The position numbers were made by a program, and so were the translations under genes. Shown in pieces: positions 37,839-49,742 of a stretch of DNA of 64,000 nt (its first letter is position 1; each line of letters opens with the position of its first letter). The DNA is from Takakia lepidozioides (taxonomy: Eukaryota > Plantae > Bryophyta), in the NCBI GenBank assembly GCA_030704615.1, contig CM060733.1, forward strand, positions 36,704,001 through 36,768,000. The letters are read 5' to 3'. Under the pieces are notes generated by a model, which was not told where the DNA came from, made no database searches, and saw only the letters and a list, made by a program, of their open reading frames with translations.

Positions 37839-40800
37839 TCACTGGCACAGCCCGTGACTGCTTTTGCTAACATGCAAATCATGCTGCAATGGTTTGTCAT
37901 GGATACCACTGTACCTCTTCAACTTATTGGCATTGACTCTTCCCAGCATCTCTTTGTTAATGGTTTGTAACATGGCGGTGTTGTTATCATACATCTTCTG
38001 TATGACATAAGGTCCTTTCCATGGTGATTTAAGCTTATAAGGTTTAATCTTTCCCTTCTTCTGCAACCAGAGAACCAAATCTCCCGTCTTAAAAGTCTTT
38101 ATCTTGCCTTCATCAAACTGTTCATTTCTCTTCATCTGAATTCTGGTCATGTTATCAGCTGCATCAGCACGTACTTCTTCCACATGGTATAATTCATGTT
38201 TCCTGACCTTAATTGAATCTTGTAATTCCATTCTCTTTCCCCATTCCGTTCTCATGGTAGGTAACAGGAATTCCACTGGAAGTAAAACTTCCATACCATA
38301 AACTAATTGGAATGGTGTATACTTAGTGGTGACTTTATATGAAGTCCTGTATGACCACAAAGCTGTCAGCAGCTTTGTATCCCAATCCGTTCTGTTTGCA
38401 TTGACTATCTTAGCCAAGATAGTACATAGTATTTTGTTGGTAGCCTCTGCCTGTCCATTACCCTGTGGGTAATATGTTGTACTTTTCCTATGCACAATCA
38501 TGAACTCTTTAGTCAATAATTCAATGGTCTCATTAATGAAGTGACTTCCCTGTTCACTGATAAATTCCAAGGGACAGCCAAATCGTGTAAGTATGTTCTC
38601 ATACAGGAACCTTGCTGTGGACTTGGCTGTGTTGTCCCTCAAAGCTTTAGCTTCCGCCCACTTCGTAGTATAATCAGTGGCTGTAATTATGTACCTGTTC
38701 TGTGTATTCTTGGCTGGTGGGTTAATTGGTCCAATAAAGTCTAGTCCCCATTTCTGAAATGGTTCCGTAGGCATTGTAGGATGCAAGGCCATCTTTCCAG
38801 ATCTCTGCAAAGGTCCTAGCCTCTGACATTCATCACAACTCTGACAATACTTGTGTACATCTTTGAACAAAGTAGGCCACCAGTAACCTGCGAGTAGTAT
38901 CTTCCCTACCGGTAGTCTCTTCTCCAAAATGACCTCCAGCCACTCCTTTATGAACTTCCTCCAAAACTTTATTTACTTCATGGTGGTACAAGCATCGTTT
39001 AAATACTCCATCAGGCCCTAGCTTATACATTCTGCTTCCTACCATAGTATAAGGTAAAGCCTTGATAGCGATTCTCTTCCTCTGCTCCTTACCATAACTA
39101 GGTGGGCATTGACCATGAGTAAGGTAGTATCTGATCGGCCACTGCCAATCTAACCATTCATCTGCACTTCCTTGCACCTCCATTACAAATAAACTCGCAT
39201 CAGGTAACTGATCGTCTACTCCTGTGGCGGCCTCTCCTGTTGTTAGTCGTGACAAATGATCTGCCACAAGATGCAAACGGCCAGGCTTGTAAACAACTTC
39301 GAACTCAAACTCATGCAAGATTATTAACCACCTCGCTATCCTTCCACTTATCAAAGGTTTGTTCACCAGATATATCAGAGCCTGGTGATCCACATAAAAC
39401 ATAAACCTTCTTCCCAATAGGTAATGTCTGAATTTCTTGATTGCATAAATCATTGCCAGTGCTTCTCTTTCAGTTGTGCTATAGTTCCTTTCAGCACTGT
39501 TCATCAACCTGCTAGCATAGTACACAGGTGAATCTATATGTCCTGTAACATTCTGGGCTAACACCGCTCCCAACGCTTCTCCTGAGGCATCACAGTGAAC
39601 ATGAAATACTACATGCCAGTGAGGGTTAATCAGCACAGGTGTAGTTGTTACTGACAATGTAAGTTCCTCACAAGCCTGTTGACATTCAGCTGTCCATGCA
39701 AACACTGCATCTTTCTTCAGAAGCTTGCTCAATGGTGCTGCTATTTGTGCATACCTTTTGACAAATCTTCTGTAATAACTGGTTTGCCCAAGGAATCTCC
39801 TTAGACTCTTAACATTTGTTGGTGGTGGAGAGGCTTTAATGGCCTCTGTCTTCCTGGGATCCACAAGAAGTCCCCTCTTACACACAATGTGTCCCAGAAG
39901 CACACCTGAGTTCACACAGAAAGTGCATTTCTCTGGATTCAGGCCCAGACCTCTCATCCTGCATCTGGCCAGATATAACTCCAATTTATGCAAGTGCTCA
40001 TTCTTAGAGCTGTACACACTGAAATCATCCAAGAACACCTGCATGAAATCATCCAGATACTCATGAAAAGATTCACTTATCACTCTCTGAAAGGTTGCTG
40101 GTGCATTACAAAGTCCAAAGGGCATGACTTTGTATGCATAAGCACCCCAGTCTGTGATGAAAGCTGTCTTTCCTTAGTCTTCTTCTGCCACTTGCACTTG
40201 ATTATAACCACTGAAGCCATCCATGAATGAGTACATCTCATGGCCTGCCACAGTGTCCAATACTGCTTCTGTGAATGGCAAAGGGAAAGGATCTTTCTTC
40301 GTACAAGCATTCAGCTTCTTGTAGTTCACACAAACTCTTAGTTTACCATTCTTCTTGGGAACTATCACAATGGGTGACAACCAAGTTGTATACTCTATTG
40401 GGTATATAAACTTAGCCTCAGCCAACTTCTTGATCTCTTCTCCAACCTTCTGTGCATAGTTGGGATTCATTCTGTATCTTGCCTGCTTGATTGGTACTGA
40501 CCCTGGTTCCAGTTCAATCTTATGCTGACAGATTTCAGGTGGTATCCCTTTTAGATCCTCATAGCTCCAAGCAAATACATATTTGATGAACAAACTCTTA
40601 GCTTCTTCAAAGAATTCTGGCTCCAAATCAGCTCCTACCTTCACCATCCTCGGTTCCTCTTTAGTTCCCACATTCACTTCCCTCACCTGCTCATCAGTTG
40701 TGATTGTCCAACCAGTCACCACTTCATCCTGTAAACTCACAGTGGCTGGTTCCTCTAGGATTTCCATTTCTCCTTCTCTTTCTTCATAGAAATGTGATGG

Positions 40801-43800
40801 GTAACTGCTGGTTTCCTCTTCAATTGGTGTTGCTGACACTACACCACAACAGATACCTCTTAAACAACTTAGGCCTTCCAGCCGCATCTCTGCAACCTGC
40901 TCCCACTCTGGGTGTGCAGCAAACAGGGTAGCTTCCTGCTCCTCATCCAGTCCTCCTCTCCAGTCATACTCTCTGACCCCTCGAGGTCTTCTCGTAGCAG
41001 GTAATCTACTAGATTTCTTTGTGGTAATTTGTATCTCGTGCATCCCATTATGCACGGTTAGTAACTGAGAATTCCAGTCATGGAATACCCTGGCCTGTTT
41101 CAGCCACGGACGTCCCAATAATAAGGAGTAAGCCTCCATGACTTCATCCATCTTCAACACAGTTACTGTGATCATAAAGATCATCTTCTGTATCTGTATC
41201 TTAACTCCTCTTATTAATCCCAATGGCTGTACACTCCTTTGATCTGCCATTGTTACTGTAAATGGGGCTGGTTTCATGTTACTTAGACCAAGCTTCTTTC
41301 TTAATTGGTCTGTCATGATATTTACTCCAAAGCCTCCATCTATCAGTACATCAGTTAGTTCTGTGCTTCCAATTCTCAATTGGATTACTGGCATAGAATC
41401 ATCAAAGTCCATGACTGTTTCTCGCCCTTCCGGCTTCACATTATAACCGGTCACCTTGCTATTCAGGTCTGTGTTTCCTGTCTCCTGGGCAATTCGATTG
41501 ATTGCTTGATACAGCCTGTGTCTACAATAAGGTGCCACAGCCAATAGCTGTCCAATGGTAATCTCTGCTTTGGTCTGGCATATTCCCTTCATTACTTTGC
41601 ATGTCTGCATCTTCTTTCTTCCTTTCATCCTCACTCACTTCTTCTTCTCCATCAGAATCAGAGGAATCTGCCACAGAAATATCAGTACTCTTCTGCATTT
41701 CCCTTATGGTATCTGCCACTTCCTTGTGCAGTTCCTTCTCATCTCTCCAAGCCTCATCATCTTCAAGCATATCACTGCCACCTTCATTATCATCATCTTC
41801 CTCAACTACTGGAGGTATTAGTTTGGCTTTGCTTCTTGTTACTATCATTGTACTTACTTCTGGTACAACACATGGCCTAACCATGTGAGCTGCCACCACT
41901 GGGCCCTCATTCACAGGAGCTCTCATCTCATTCTGGTGTCTAATCCAGAATGAACAGGCTGCTTTGCGATGTCCTGGCTGATTACAATAGTAACATAGTT
42001 CTTCACCATTGGGTCCTTGCCCTTGGTCTGCTCTTGGATTATTTCTGTAATCCTGATTCCCGGGCTGGTAATGCCCCTGGATTACCCTGATAGTTGCCTC
42101 TGGAATTTCCTTGGTAATTCCCTCTTGAATTACCTCTCCCTTCCATGCCATTGTTATAACCACCAGGCCTACCATAGTGGTCCTGATCACTGTTTCTTCT
42201 TGGCTGGGGCTGCACTTGATGCACCCTTACTTGCCTAGGTTCTTTAGCTGCTGTCCTTCTGTTGTAGTAACAATTCTCAGTAGAATGGTTATCCATTTTA
42301 CATATAGTACAGTGTTTCTCCTTCATGTGGCATTCAGTGGTGGTATGGCCTTCATTCTGGCACTTTGCACACCAAACACCCTTCCTCCAATGTGTTGCAG
42401 CCTCTGTGGCATACTTCTTCAAGATTTCTTCTAATCTTTTCTCATAGTTATCCCTCTTCAACTTCTCCTTTCTCTTACTCTTCCTTTTCAGTTCTTGCTC
42501 TTCTTCTTCATCTGACTCATCCTCAGAGTCCTCATCATCCCTTTTCTCTCTCCTGAGCATTCCCAATTGCTCAATTCTGTTTACAGTTTCAAATGCCTCC
42601 TCCACTGTATTATGGGGTAACATATCCACTTTCTTCTGCAACTCTGGTCTTAGTCCACTCACAAACCAAGTCTTCTGTAAACCTGGTGCTGGTACAGCAG
42701 CCAGCTTTTTCATCATCAATTCCATCTTTTCCATATACTCCTCAACAGTTTCATGCTTTTTTTGCTTTAACTGTTGTAAACTTCCATACACTTCATCCTC
42801 AGTTTTACTTGTCCTGAACCTATTTTGGAATGTTGTATTCAAGCCATTTCAGGTTAGGGAAATGATTATCAGGAATCGTGCATACCATTCACTTGCTTTC
42901 TTGATAAGTGAACAAAGGAACAATCTCATCTTGGCATCATCGCCATTCCTCATTGTTCACTATACACATGTGCTCAAATTGGCTAATGTGTACATCGGGA
43001 TCCCCTTTCCTGAATATATTGGAAAAGGTGGTTTTTGCCCTGTTGGTTGTAACGCCATCTGTGGCCCTACCTTCTGCCCACTGACAGGTGCTGCACCCTG
43101 CTGGTGCTAGTCCTTCAGGACCTGTTGTTGTTGTGGTGATCTTCCACCAAGTGGTGGCCCTTGAGCACTCCCTGCTACTGGCCCACGATATTCACAGTAT
43201 TCCCAGCTCCAGTTGCACTACTTCCCACACGCCCTCCCTGTCCCCCCAGAGCCAATCCAGGCAGCCCGCCTGATCCCCCTGAGCCGACACCTTCGTTGGC
43301 CTGTGATCCAAGTGCTCCACTTGATCCAGGTCCACGGGTTGGATGTCCTGGTTGTAGTTTCAACCTCAGCTGTTGGGTCTACTCTTCATACTCTTCCTCT
43401 TCAAATTTCTTCTCTCTATTTTCATTCTCCAAGTTCTGCCTTTGTTTTCTTCTTCACTCATTAACTCAACTGCAATGGTGTGGAGTCTGAACTCTCTATT
43501 GGCTCAGCCACATCCTCTCCTCATTCTTCTTCATTCTTCACCTTCCGCTTCAGAACTGGAGTTCCTGCTTTTGGTGTTCCATGCCACTCCTATCAAAGAT
43601 TTCTGTCAAATCTTTTATCCAGGATGTACCTCAGATCTTTCACCTCGTGATTGATCTTCTTCCCGTACCATTCCCTTAATCTTTCTTGCAAATAAAAAGA
43701 AGGAGTGGCATCCAACTCTAGTTCTTCCGGTTTGGGTGATGTACTCTCTGATCTTAATGGTGTGAGAGGTCCAGATGATTCCCTATGTCTATTCCTCTCT

Positions 43801-43805
43801 CCCAA
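37839..43805 (-). pseudogene. gag-pol polyprotein, frameshifted
   Basis: Three CCHC knuckles (CAKCQNEGHTTTEC, CTICKMDNHSTENC, CYYCNQPGHRKAAC); protease LIDGG; RT VFLDDF; RNase H HCDASG...YSTTEREALA; integrase WGLDFIGP...YYPQGNGQAE. Confidence 0.95.
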
Positions 43806-44476
43806 AGATATGGATAATTAGCTTTCAGATAGCTTTCTCTCTTTTTGCTGAATATCTCTGGCGTCTAGCTTCTCTTTCATCACTCATGTCCCATGTCTTT
43901 CATTTCTTTTAATGTGGCAATAACCAAAACTCTCTTTTGTAATATCTCTCGTATATGCCTGGGTTTCTTTCAAGCTTCAATGCACCCTTGCTATACTAGA
44001 AGTCTCCGTTACCATATAACCATATGGCAAACAAGTCTGGAAAGCTGTTCTTGGTGTAAGTTTGATCCACAAAATGTCCTTTGGAATCCAATTCTTTACC
44101 AGTACAAGCTCTTCATGCATATGAGTAAAAACATTCACCTTTCTTTCCTCCCAGCCTTCAAACTCTACTCGCTTAATGGATAGCAATGCTATCACATAAA
44201 CCAGTGTTGGTAACCAACGTGCTCTTCCCCTCTACAGGCCACCTGATAAATCTTTATCACTCCTTTCTCCAGACCCCATTCAGGGTCAGCATCATGCACT
44301 CTCTTAAGAATGTTTTCTTTACAACCGTCTGGCAATTCCAAGAATCTCTGAAAGATCGTTTGGACAATCTTCCTTCTCAGTTTCACCAAGGAATTTGATT
44401 CACATCAAATTCTTTAATTCTCCAACCACCATGATCCCACCAGACACCTGTCACATCTGGTTGTTCATGACCCAGT

Positions 44477-44494
44477 TCCCCAGTATGGTCGCCA
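44477..44494 (-). promoter_or_regulatory. Primer binding site, tRNA-Arg-like
   Basis: TGGCGACCATACTGGGGA 2 nt after the 5' LTR. The first 9 nt fit a tRNA ending GGTCGCCA; the Arg assignment is from memory. Confidence 0.65.
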
Positions 44495-44496
44495 AA

Positions 44497-45378
44497 TGTC
44501 GCGCGGCTTTTACTCACCCATCCCTTCGCTTCCGCTATCCGAGCGGAAACTCCAAGATAGAAGAGTTGGAAATCTCTAAGCACTCAGCCCGCTCAAACAA
44601 TCAGTCATGACCTACAGCTAGTGTATCATGGGGGTTTCCTATTTGTTTTCCTTCCGCATTCATGTTAGCTAGTTACCTTACTGTTGGTAATTAAGTATCA
44701 GTTTGCTTCAGCAATCTATCGGATTCCATCAACTCATCCATTTATTCCACAGCTTCACTCAGATCTCTCTACACAGTGTGAGTATGAAGTATGTATCAGA
44801 TTAATATCTATCAAGTATCATCAGGCTGAAGCCATGGAGTCTCTAATCTGCTCTACATTACAACTCTACTGCTTGCATTCATCACATCAACAGATCGTCT
44901 CCTCCTACTCCGTGCTCTCCCTCTTTCTGCTCAGAGATGTGCTCTCTGCCTCGTTTCCCCCCAGTGTCCGAAGTCCCCCCCAGATGATCCTTTTCCAGTC
45001 CTTACTCCTGGCTTTATCTTCCTACCCGTTGTTCTAACTGTTTCCCTCACTAACCGTCATCGTGAACTAACATGTTCCATTCGCAGATGTTGTTCCCCAC
45101 AGTCGTTCCCTGTCCTACTATCCGTTCCTTATGGTCGTGACAGCTGTGTCAAGCTGTGACTGGCTGTGCGACTGTGTTGGGCTGTGTCGACTGTGACTGG
45201 CTGTGACGGCTTGTGTCGGCTGTGTCGGCTGTGTCGGACCTGTGACGGGCTGTGTAACCCCCCCCCTAAAGTGCGCTGCTGTCACCCCTAAGGCTCCTGT
45301 TGGTCTCAGTCTGTGCAAAAATTAAGGGTACCCCATAGATCCCGTAAAAGTGCCTAAGTCCCAGACAGTCCTCTAACA
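44497..45378 (-). repeat. 5' LTR (882 bp)
   Basis: Matches 32803-33712. Confidence 0.95.
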
Positions 45379-45959
45379 AGCAGGCCATGTTTCAATCTAT
45401 GCTCGCTCAGCTATACCATTGTGGTTCTCACGGACCAATCCGACATTACCTGATACAGACACAAGCAACACACACCAGAGGTCCTTTTGGGTTGGTGATC
45501 GGTCATCACCTCCATGGGTCATGACACAAGATCAAGTCCACAATGTGGTGATGGCACCTTCTTCTTCAACCTATTTCTGCCCCTTTTGCCCTCTCATCAG
45601 ACTCGTCCCTGAATGTTTGGTGATAAAGCCCTAGTTTGTCTTTTGCTCTTTTAACTCTATAGTAAAATTATCAGATGGAGGAGGGTCAAAGACGGAGGAG
45701 CAGGGATAGAGAGTGGGTCCATATTCATCCAAGAGGGCCAGATATCAAGCACTATGATTCCATGTGGATCCATTGCTACAAGAAACCTGCATGGATAGAT
45801 GGTGAACTGGAAGCTGCAACAATAGCGGCACAATTGAGAAAATCAGGCACTGCCAATGAAGGCAACCTTCTTCAATACATTTCACCCTGTTTTTCCCTCT
45901 TATCAAAATCGGCCTTAAATTTTCGTGTTGTATTCTGCAAGTTACTGGTTGAGTGAACA

Positions 45960-46275
45960 TTTGATAGTTTGCAATGCGTGTGCAAGCCTAGCAGCTCTGG
46001 AGAACGGCAAAGAGGTCCATGACGACATTGTAAGAGCTGCAATTGTACCACATGTCATTCTGAACAATACCCTTGTGGACATGTAAGAAGGGAGTATTCG
46101 ATAGCTCTGGGAAAGAGGAAAGAGGTCCATGGTGACATCGTCAAAGCTGGAATTGTACCAGATGTCATCCTGAACACTATGGTGGACATGTTTGCCAATG
46201 TGGGTGCATTCAGGATGCGAATGGAGTTTTTCACACTCTGGCTGAACAAGATGTGGTGTCGTACAATGCGATGCT
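45960..46275 (+). pseudogene. PLS-class PPR remnant
   Basis: ACASLAALENGKEVH...VDMFANVGAF...AEQDVVSYNAML, cut by a CACTA end. Confidence 0.75.
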
Positions 46276-46372
46276 CACTACAAAAAAAAAAGGGGGTTTC
46301 GACGCCGTGGCCATGCCGCAGCCACACCGCGGCGTCGTAAAACAGCCCTTTTTGGGCAGGGGGGAAAAATAT
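46276..46372 (+). mobile_element. CACTA/En-Spm left terminus (fragment)
   Basis: CACTACAAAAAAAAAA starts exactly where PPR homology stops; inverted CGACGCCG/CGGCGTCG subterminal motifs follow. Confidence 0.65.
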
Positions 46373-48965
46373 CGCATCGAATCCTTTTGACAGCGGCATA
46401 GCAGTCATGAAATCCATCGAGACGCTTTCCCAAGACCCCTCTGGAATCGGCAAGGGTTGTAACAGCCCCGCTTGCTTTTTGTACTCGCTCCGATTTTGTT
46501 GGCATGTGGTGCATGTTTTGACATACTCCTCTGCCTCCTCCCTCAGTTTGGGCCAGAAATACTCTTTCTTCAAGAGTGTCGCGGTGCGCTTGGCTCCGCC
46601 GTGGCCCGCAAGCGGACCATCATGGCATTCTCTCAAGAGACTATATCTGATCCCTCCCTTCGGCACATAGAGACGCTTTTGCTTATACCGGAGCAGTCTA
46701 TTTTGCAAGTGAAACTGTGATTTAACCCCCATCCTCAAGTCCCGCATCACGGACTTTGCCATCTCATCCTTCCGGCAAGCCTTCTGGATCTTCCTTTGGA
46801 GCGTCGTCTCGCCCCTGTACACCAACATGAGCTGCTGCTTTCTACTTAAAGCATTGGCCACCACATTGTCTCGTCCCGGTTTGTACTGGATACCACGTCG
46901 AAATCGCCAAAGTATCTTGCCACCTAAGTTGTTTGGGGGACAACTTAGGATGCGTGGCAAAATACTTCACTGTAACATTGTCCGTGAACACCTTCACTGG
47001 GTTGGAACCAACATAGTGGCGCCAAAGCTCAAGGCAATGCACCACCGTCTTCATCTCTTTCTCGTGCGTCGGCCACCATCGCTCTACTTCATTCAATTTC
47101 TTATTTTTGTAAGCCACTGGATGTCCATCTTGCATAAGTACATCACCAATCGCGAAGTCCGACGTATCTGTATAAATCTCAAACGGACGGTCGAACTCCG
47201 GGATTTTCAAGACTGGAACTTTCGCCATCCGCTGCTTCAATTCAGCAAAAGCTTGGCCACAAAAGGTGTTCCATACCCAGACTTTGGATTTACACAGAAG
47301 GTCCGACAGCAGCCCCGCGATCTTGACGAAATTTCTCACATACTTTCGGTAATAGGAGGCGAGTCCTATGAAGGATCGCACTCCCAGGACCGAAGTCGGA
47401 GGCTCCCAGTCCAAGATCACTCTCACCTTTCTGTCATCCATTTTGATCCCATCTCGTGTAATCACATGCCCCAGGAACTCCACTTTTGTGACCCTGAATT
47501 TGCACTTTGAAACTTTGGCATACAGCTTCCCTTCCCGCAATTTCTGGAACACCCTTTTGAGGTGCTCCAGGTGCTCCTCCTTTGTTTTCAAGTACACCAA
47601 GATGTCGTCGATGTACACAATCACAAAGTCATCCAACCAGTCCTGGAAAAGGCTGTTAATCAACGTGCTAAAGGACGCGGGTGTGTTGGTGAGCCCAAAA
47701 GGCATCACCAAGAACTCATATGAACCATACCTTGTCATGCACGCGGTCTTCTCCTCATCTCCTTCCGCCACTCGAATTTGATGATAGCCGAAGCGCAAAT
47801 CGATCTGACTGAAATACTTCGCTCCTGCCAACCGATCGAAAAGGTCGTCGATCCTTGGCAAAGGGTACCGGGTTTTTTATAGTCACCTTATTCAGAGCCC
47901 TGTAATCGACACACATCCGCAGCGTCCCATCCTTCTTGTCTACGAATAGCACTGGGGCTCCGTAAGGTGACTTACTCGGCCGGATGTACCCCTTTGACAT
48001 TAGATCCTTGAGCTGAGTCTTCAGCTCGACCAACTCTCTGTGGCTCAATTGGTAGGGCGCCTTGGCAGGCGGTTCCGATCCCGGTATCACCTCAATCTTG
48101 TGCTCAACTCCTCTTCGCGGTGGCAAGCCGCTTGGTAAATCCTCCGGCATCACATCCTGGTATTTCTCCAAAATCCTCTTGATCCAATCTGGGCTAGGCT
48201 CCCCATCGTCTTCTCCCTTAACTTGTCTTATGTAAAGCAAAAACTGGGGCTCGTGTGACTCCTCCACGGCCCACTCTCTTGCTGACAGAAGGTTTATTCG
48301 CCCTCCCACGGGTTTGGGCATTTTCGGACACTCGTAAGACTTCGCCACCATTCCCACATGGCAGCGTGACTACTCTCTTGCGGCCATCTATGACCTCTCC
48401 GGATTCGCTCAAAAATGTCATCCCCAAAATGAGGTCCACTCCATCGATCTCGCAAATGGTAAAGTTCTCATGTCCCTCCCAACTCCCCAGTTGAAGAAGA
48501 ACATCGAACGCCAACCTCGTCGCCAATTGCGGTTCTCCTTTGGCAGAATGCACCTCAATAAAGGCCCCCACGTCACTTGTCGGGAGCCCCAGCTTTCGTG
48601 CCGTTGCCGGTGTCCTGAAGGAGTGTGACGCTTCTGTGTCCACCAACAACGACACGTTAGTTCCGGATATTATCCCATCCACGAACAATAACTGACTCCA
48701 TTTACGCAAGGCCCCAGTTTCCTGATACAACTCACAAGAATAGTTGCCTACCTTGCAAGTCTTGGCGACCACTGCTTCCACCAAGCGAGTGATGGAATCT
48801 TCCGATAGCTCTGTGGTCGCCCGAGTCATGTTCAATTGTTGGGGTTTTGTGCACTTCTTGGCCATGTGCCCGGGCTCCCCGCAATTGAAACACACTCCAT
48901 CGAAGGTCACTTTCTGTCTGTCATAAGCCGTTGCACCTGCTTTTCCTTGCGGAGCACGAGGTTTG
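46373..48965 (-). mobile_element. Truncated second Ty3/Gypsy element (chromovirus-like pol); no LTRs
   Basis: CFNCGEPGHMAKKC, LVDTEASHSF, LRMCVDYRALN, VYIDDILVY, HDGPLAGHGG..CTTCQ, WESVSMDF. Integrase is cut after KGFDAI. Confidence 0.92.
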
Positions 48966-48984
48966 CTATTTCATGAGCATGAGC

Positions 48985-49172
48985 GGCATGAGCGGAGTAG
49001 TAAGACAATCGGTTTTCATGAGCAGAAGTACAAATTTCGAAAATAAAAAACAATAAAAAAACAATAATTTAATGCAATGTGTCAGGAAAAACAAATATAT
49101 TATTCGGCCCCTTGAAGGGAAAATTGCAGTTTTGACAGTTGTGCTCATGATATTTCGTCTTCCGCTCATGCC
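48985..49172. repeat. Short imperfect foldback (MITE-like)
   Basis: GGCATGAGCGGA at the left end and TCCGCTCATGCC at the right end, with inner TCATGAGCA/TGCTCATGA. No TSD recognised. Confidence 0.5.
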
Positions 49173-49189
49173 AATTCCCAGCGACATGT

Positions 49190-49592
49190 GCAAATATGGC
49201 GCCGAATTTCGCGGTAATAGGGTCCGTAACCTGAAAAAACGGCGACGTATTTCGCGGTAATAGGTCTCTCTGGCGAAAAATGGTGCCGAATTCCGCGGCT
49301 ATAGGTCCCCTCATGACAGGTAATTTGGCGCCATTTTTCCAGTGCATGTTCGGACTTAGCCAGTTTTCGGCGCAAAAGGGAAATTCGGCGCCATTTTTCC
49401 AGACACTGGGGACTTAGCCAGTTTTCGGCCCAAAAAGAATTCGGACAACCAGTGCATGTTGGGACTTAGCCAGTTTTCGGCCCAAAAAAGAGAAATTCGG
49501 CGCCATTTTCCCAGACACAGGTACCAGTGCATGTTGGGACTTAGCCAGTTTTCGGCCCCAAAAAGAGAAATTCGGCGCCATTTTTCCAGAAA
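49190..49592 (+). repeat. GGCGCC-motif repeat array downstream of the MULE-2 transposase
   Basis: AAATTCGGCGCCATTTT at 49381, ~49494 and ~49568, interleaved with GGACTTAGCCAGTTTTCGGC x4. Confidence 0.85.
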
Positions 49593-49742
49593 TGGCCCCA
49601 CAACTGCTTCTGTTGGATCTCAGTTTGAATGGAATATTGCCTCATTCCAGGAGTTTTGGGGTGCATTTCATTACACTGCAAAAAAAAGTCTGATACAGCA
49701 AAATGCATTGAAAATATCCATATGGAGGATTCCCTTTGCCCA

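Larger units (their letters stand above)
32803..45378 (-). mobile_element. Full-length Ty3/Gypsy LTR retrotransposon, non-chromovirus type, with an extra 3' ORF region
   Basis: TG...CA LTRs at 32803-33712 and 44497-45378; 5-bp TSD AGCAG (32798-32802, 45379-45383); PBS; PPT; gag-PR-RT-RH-INT order. Confidence 0.96.
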
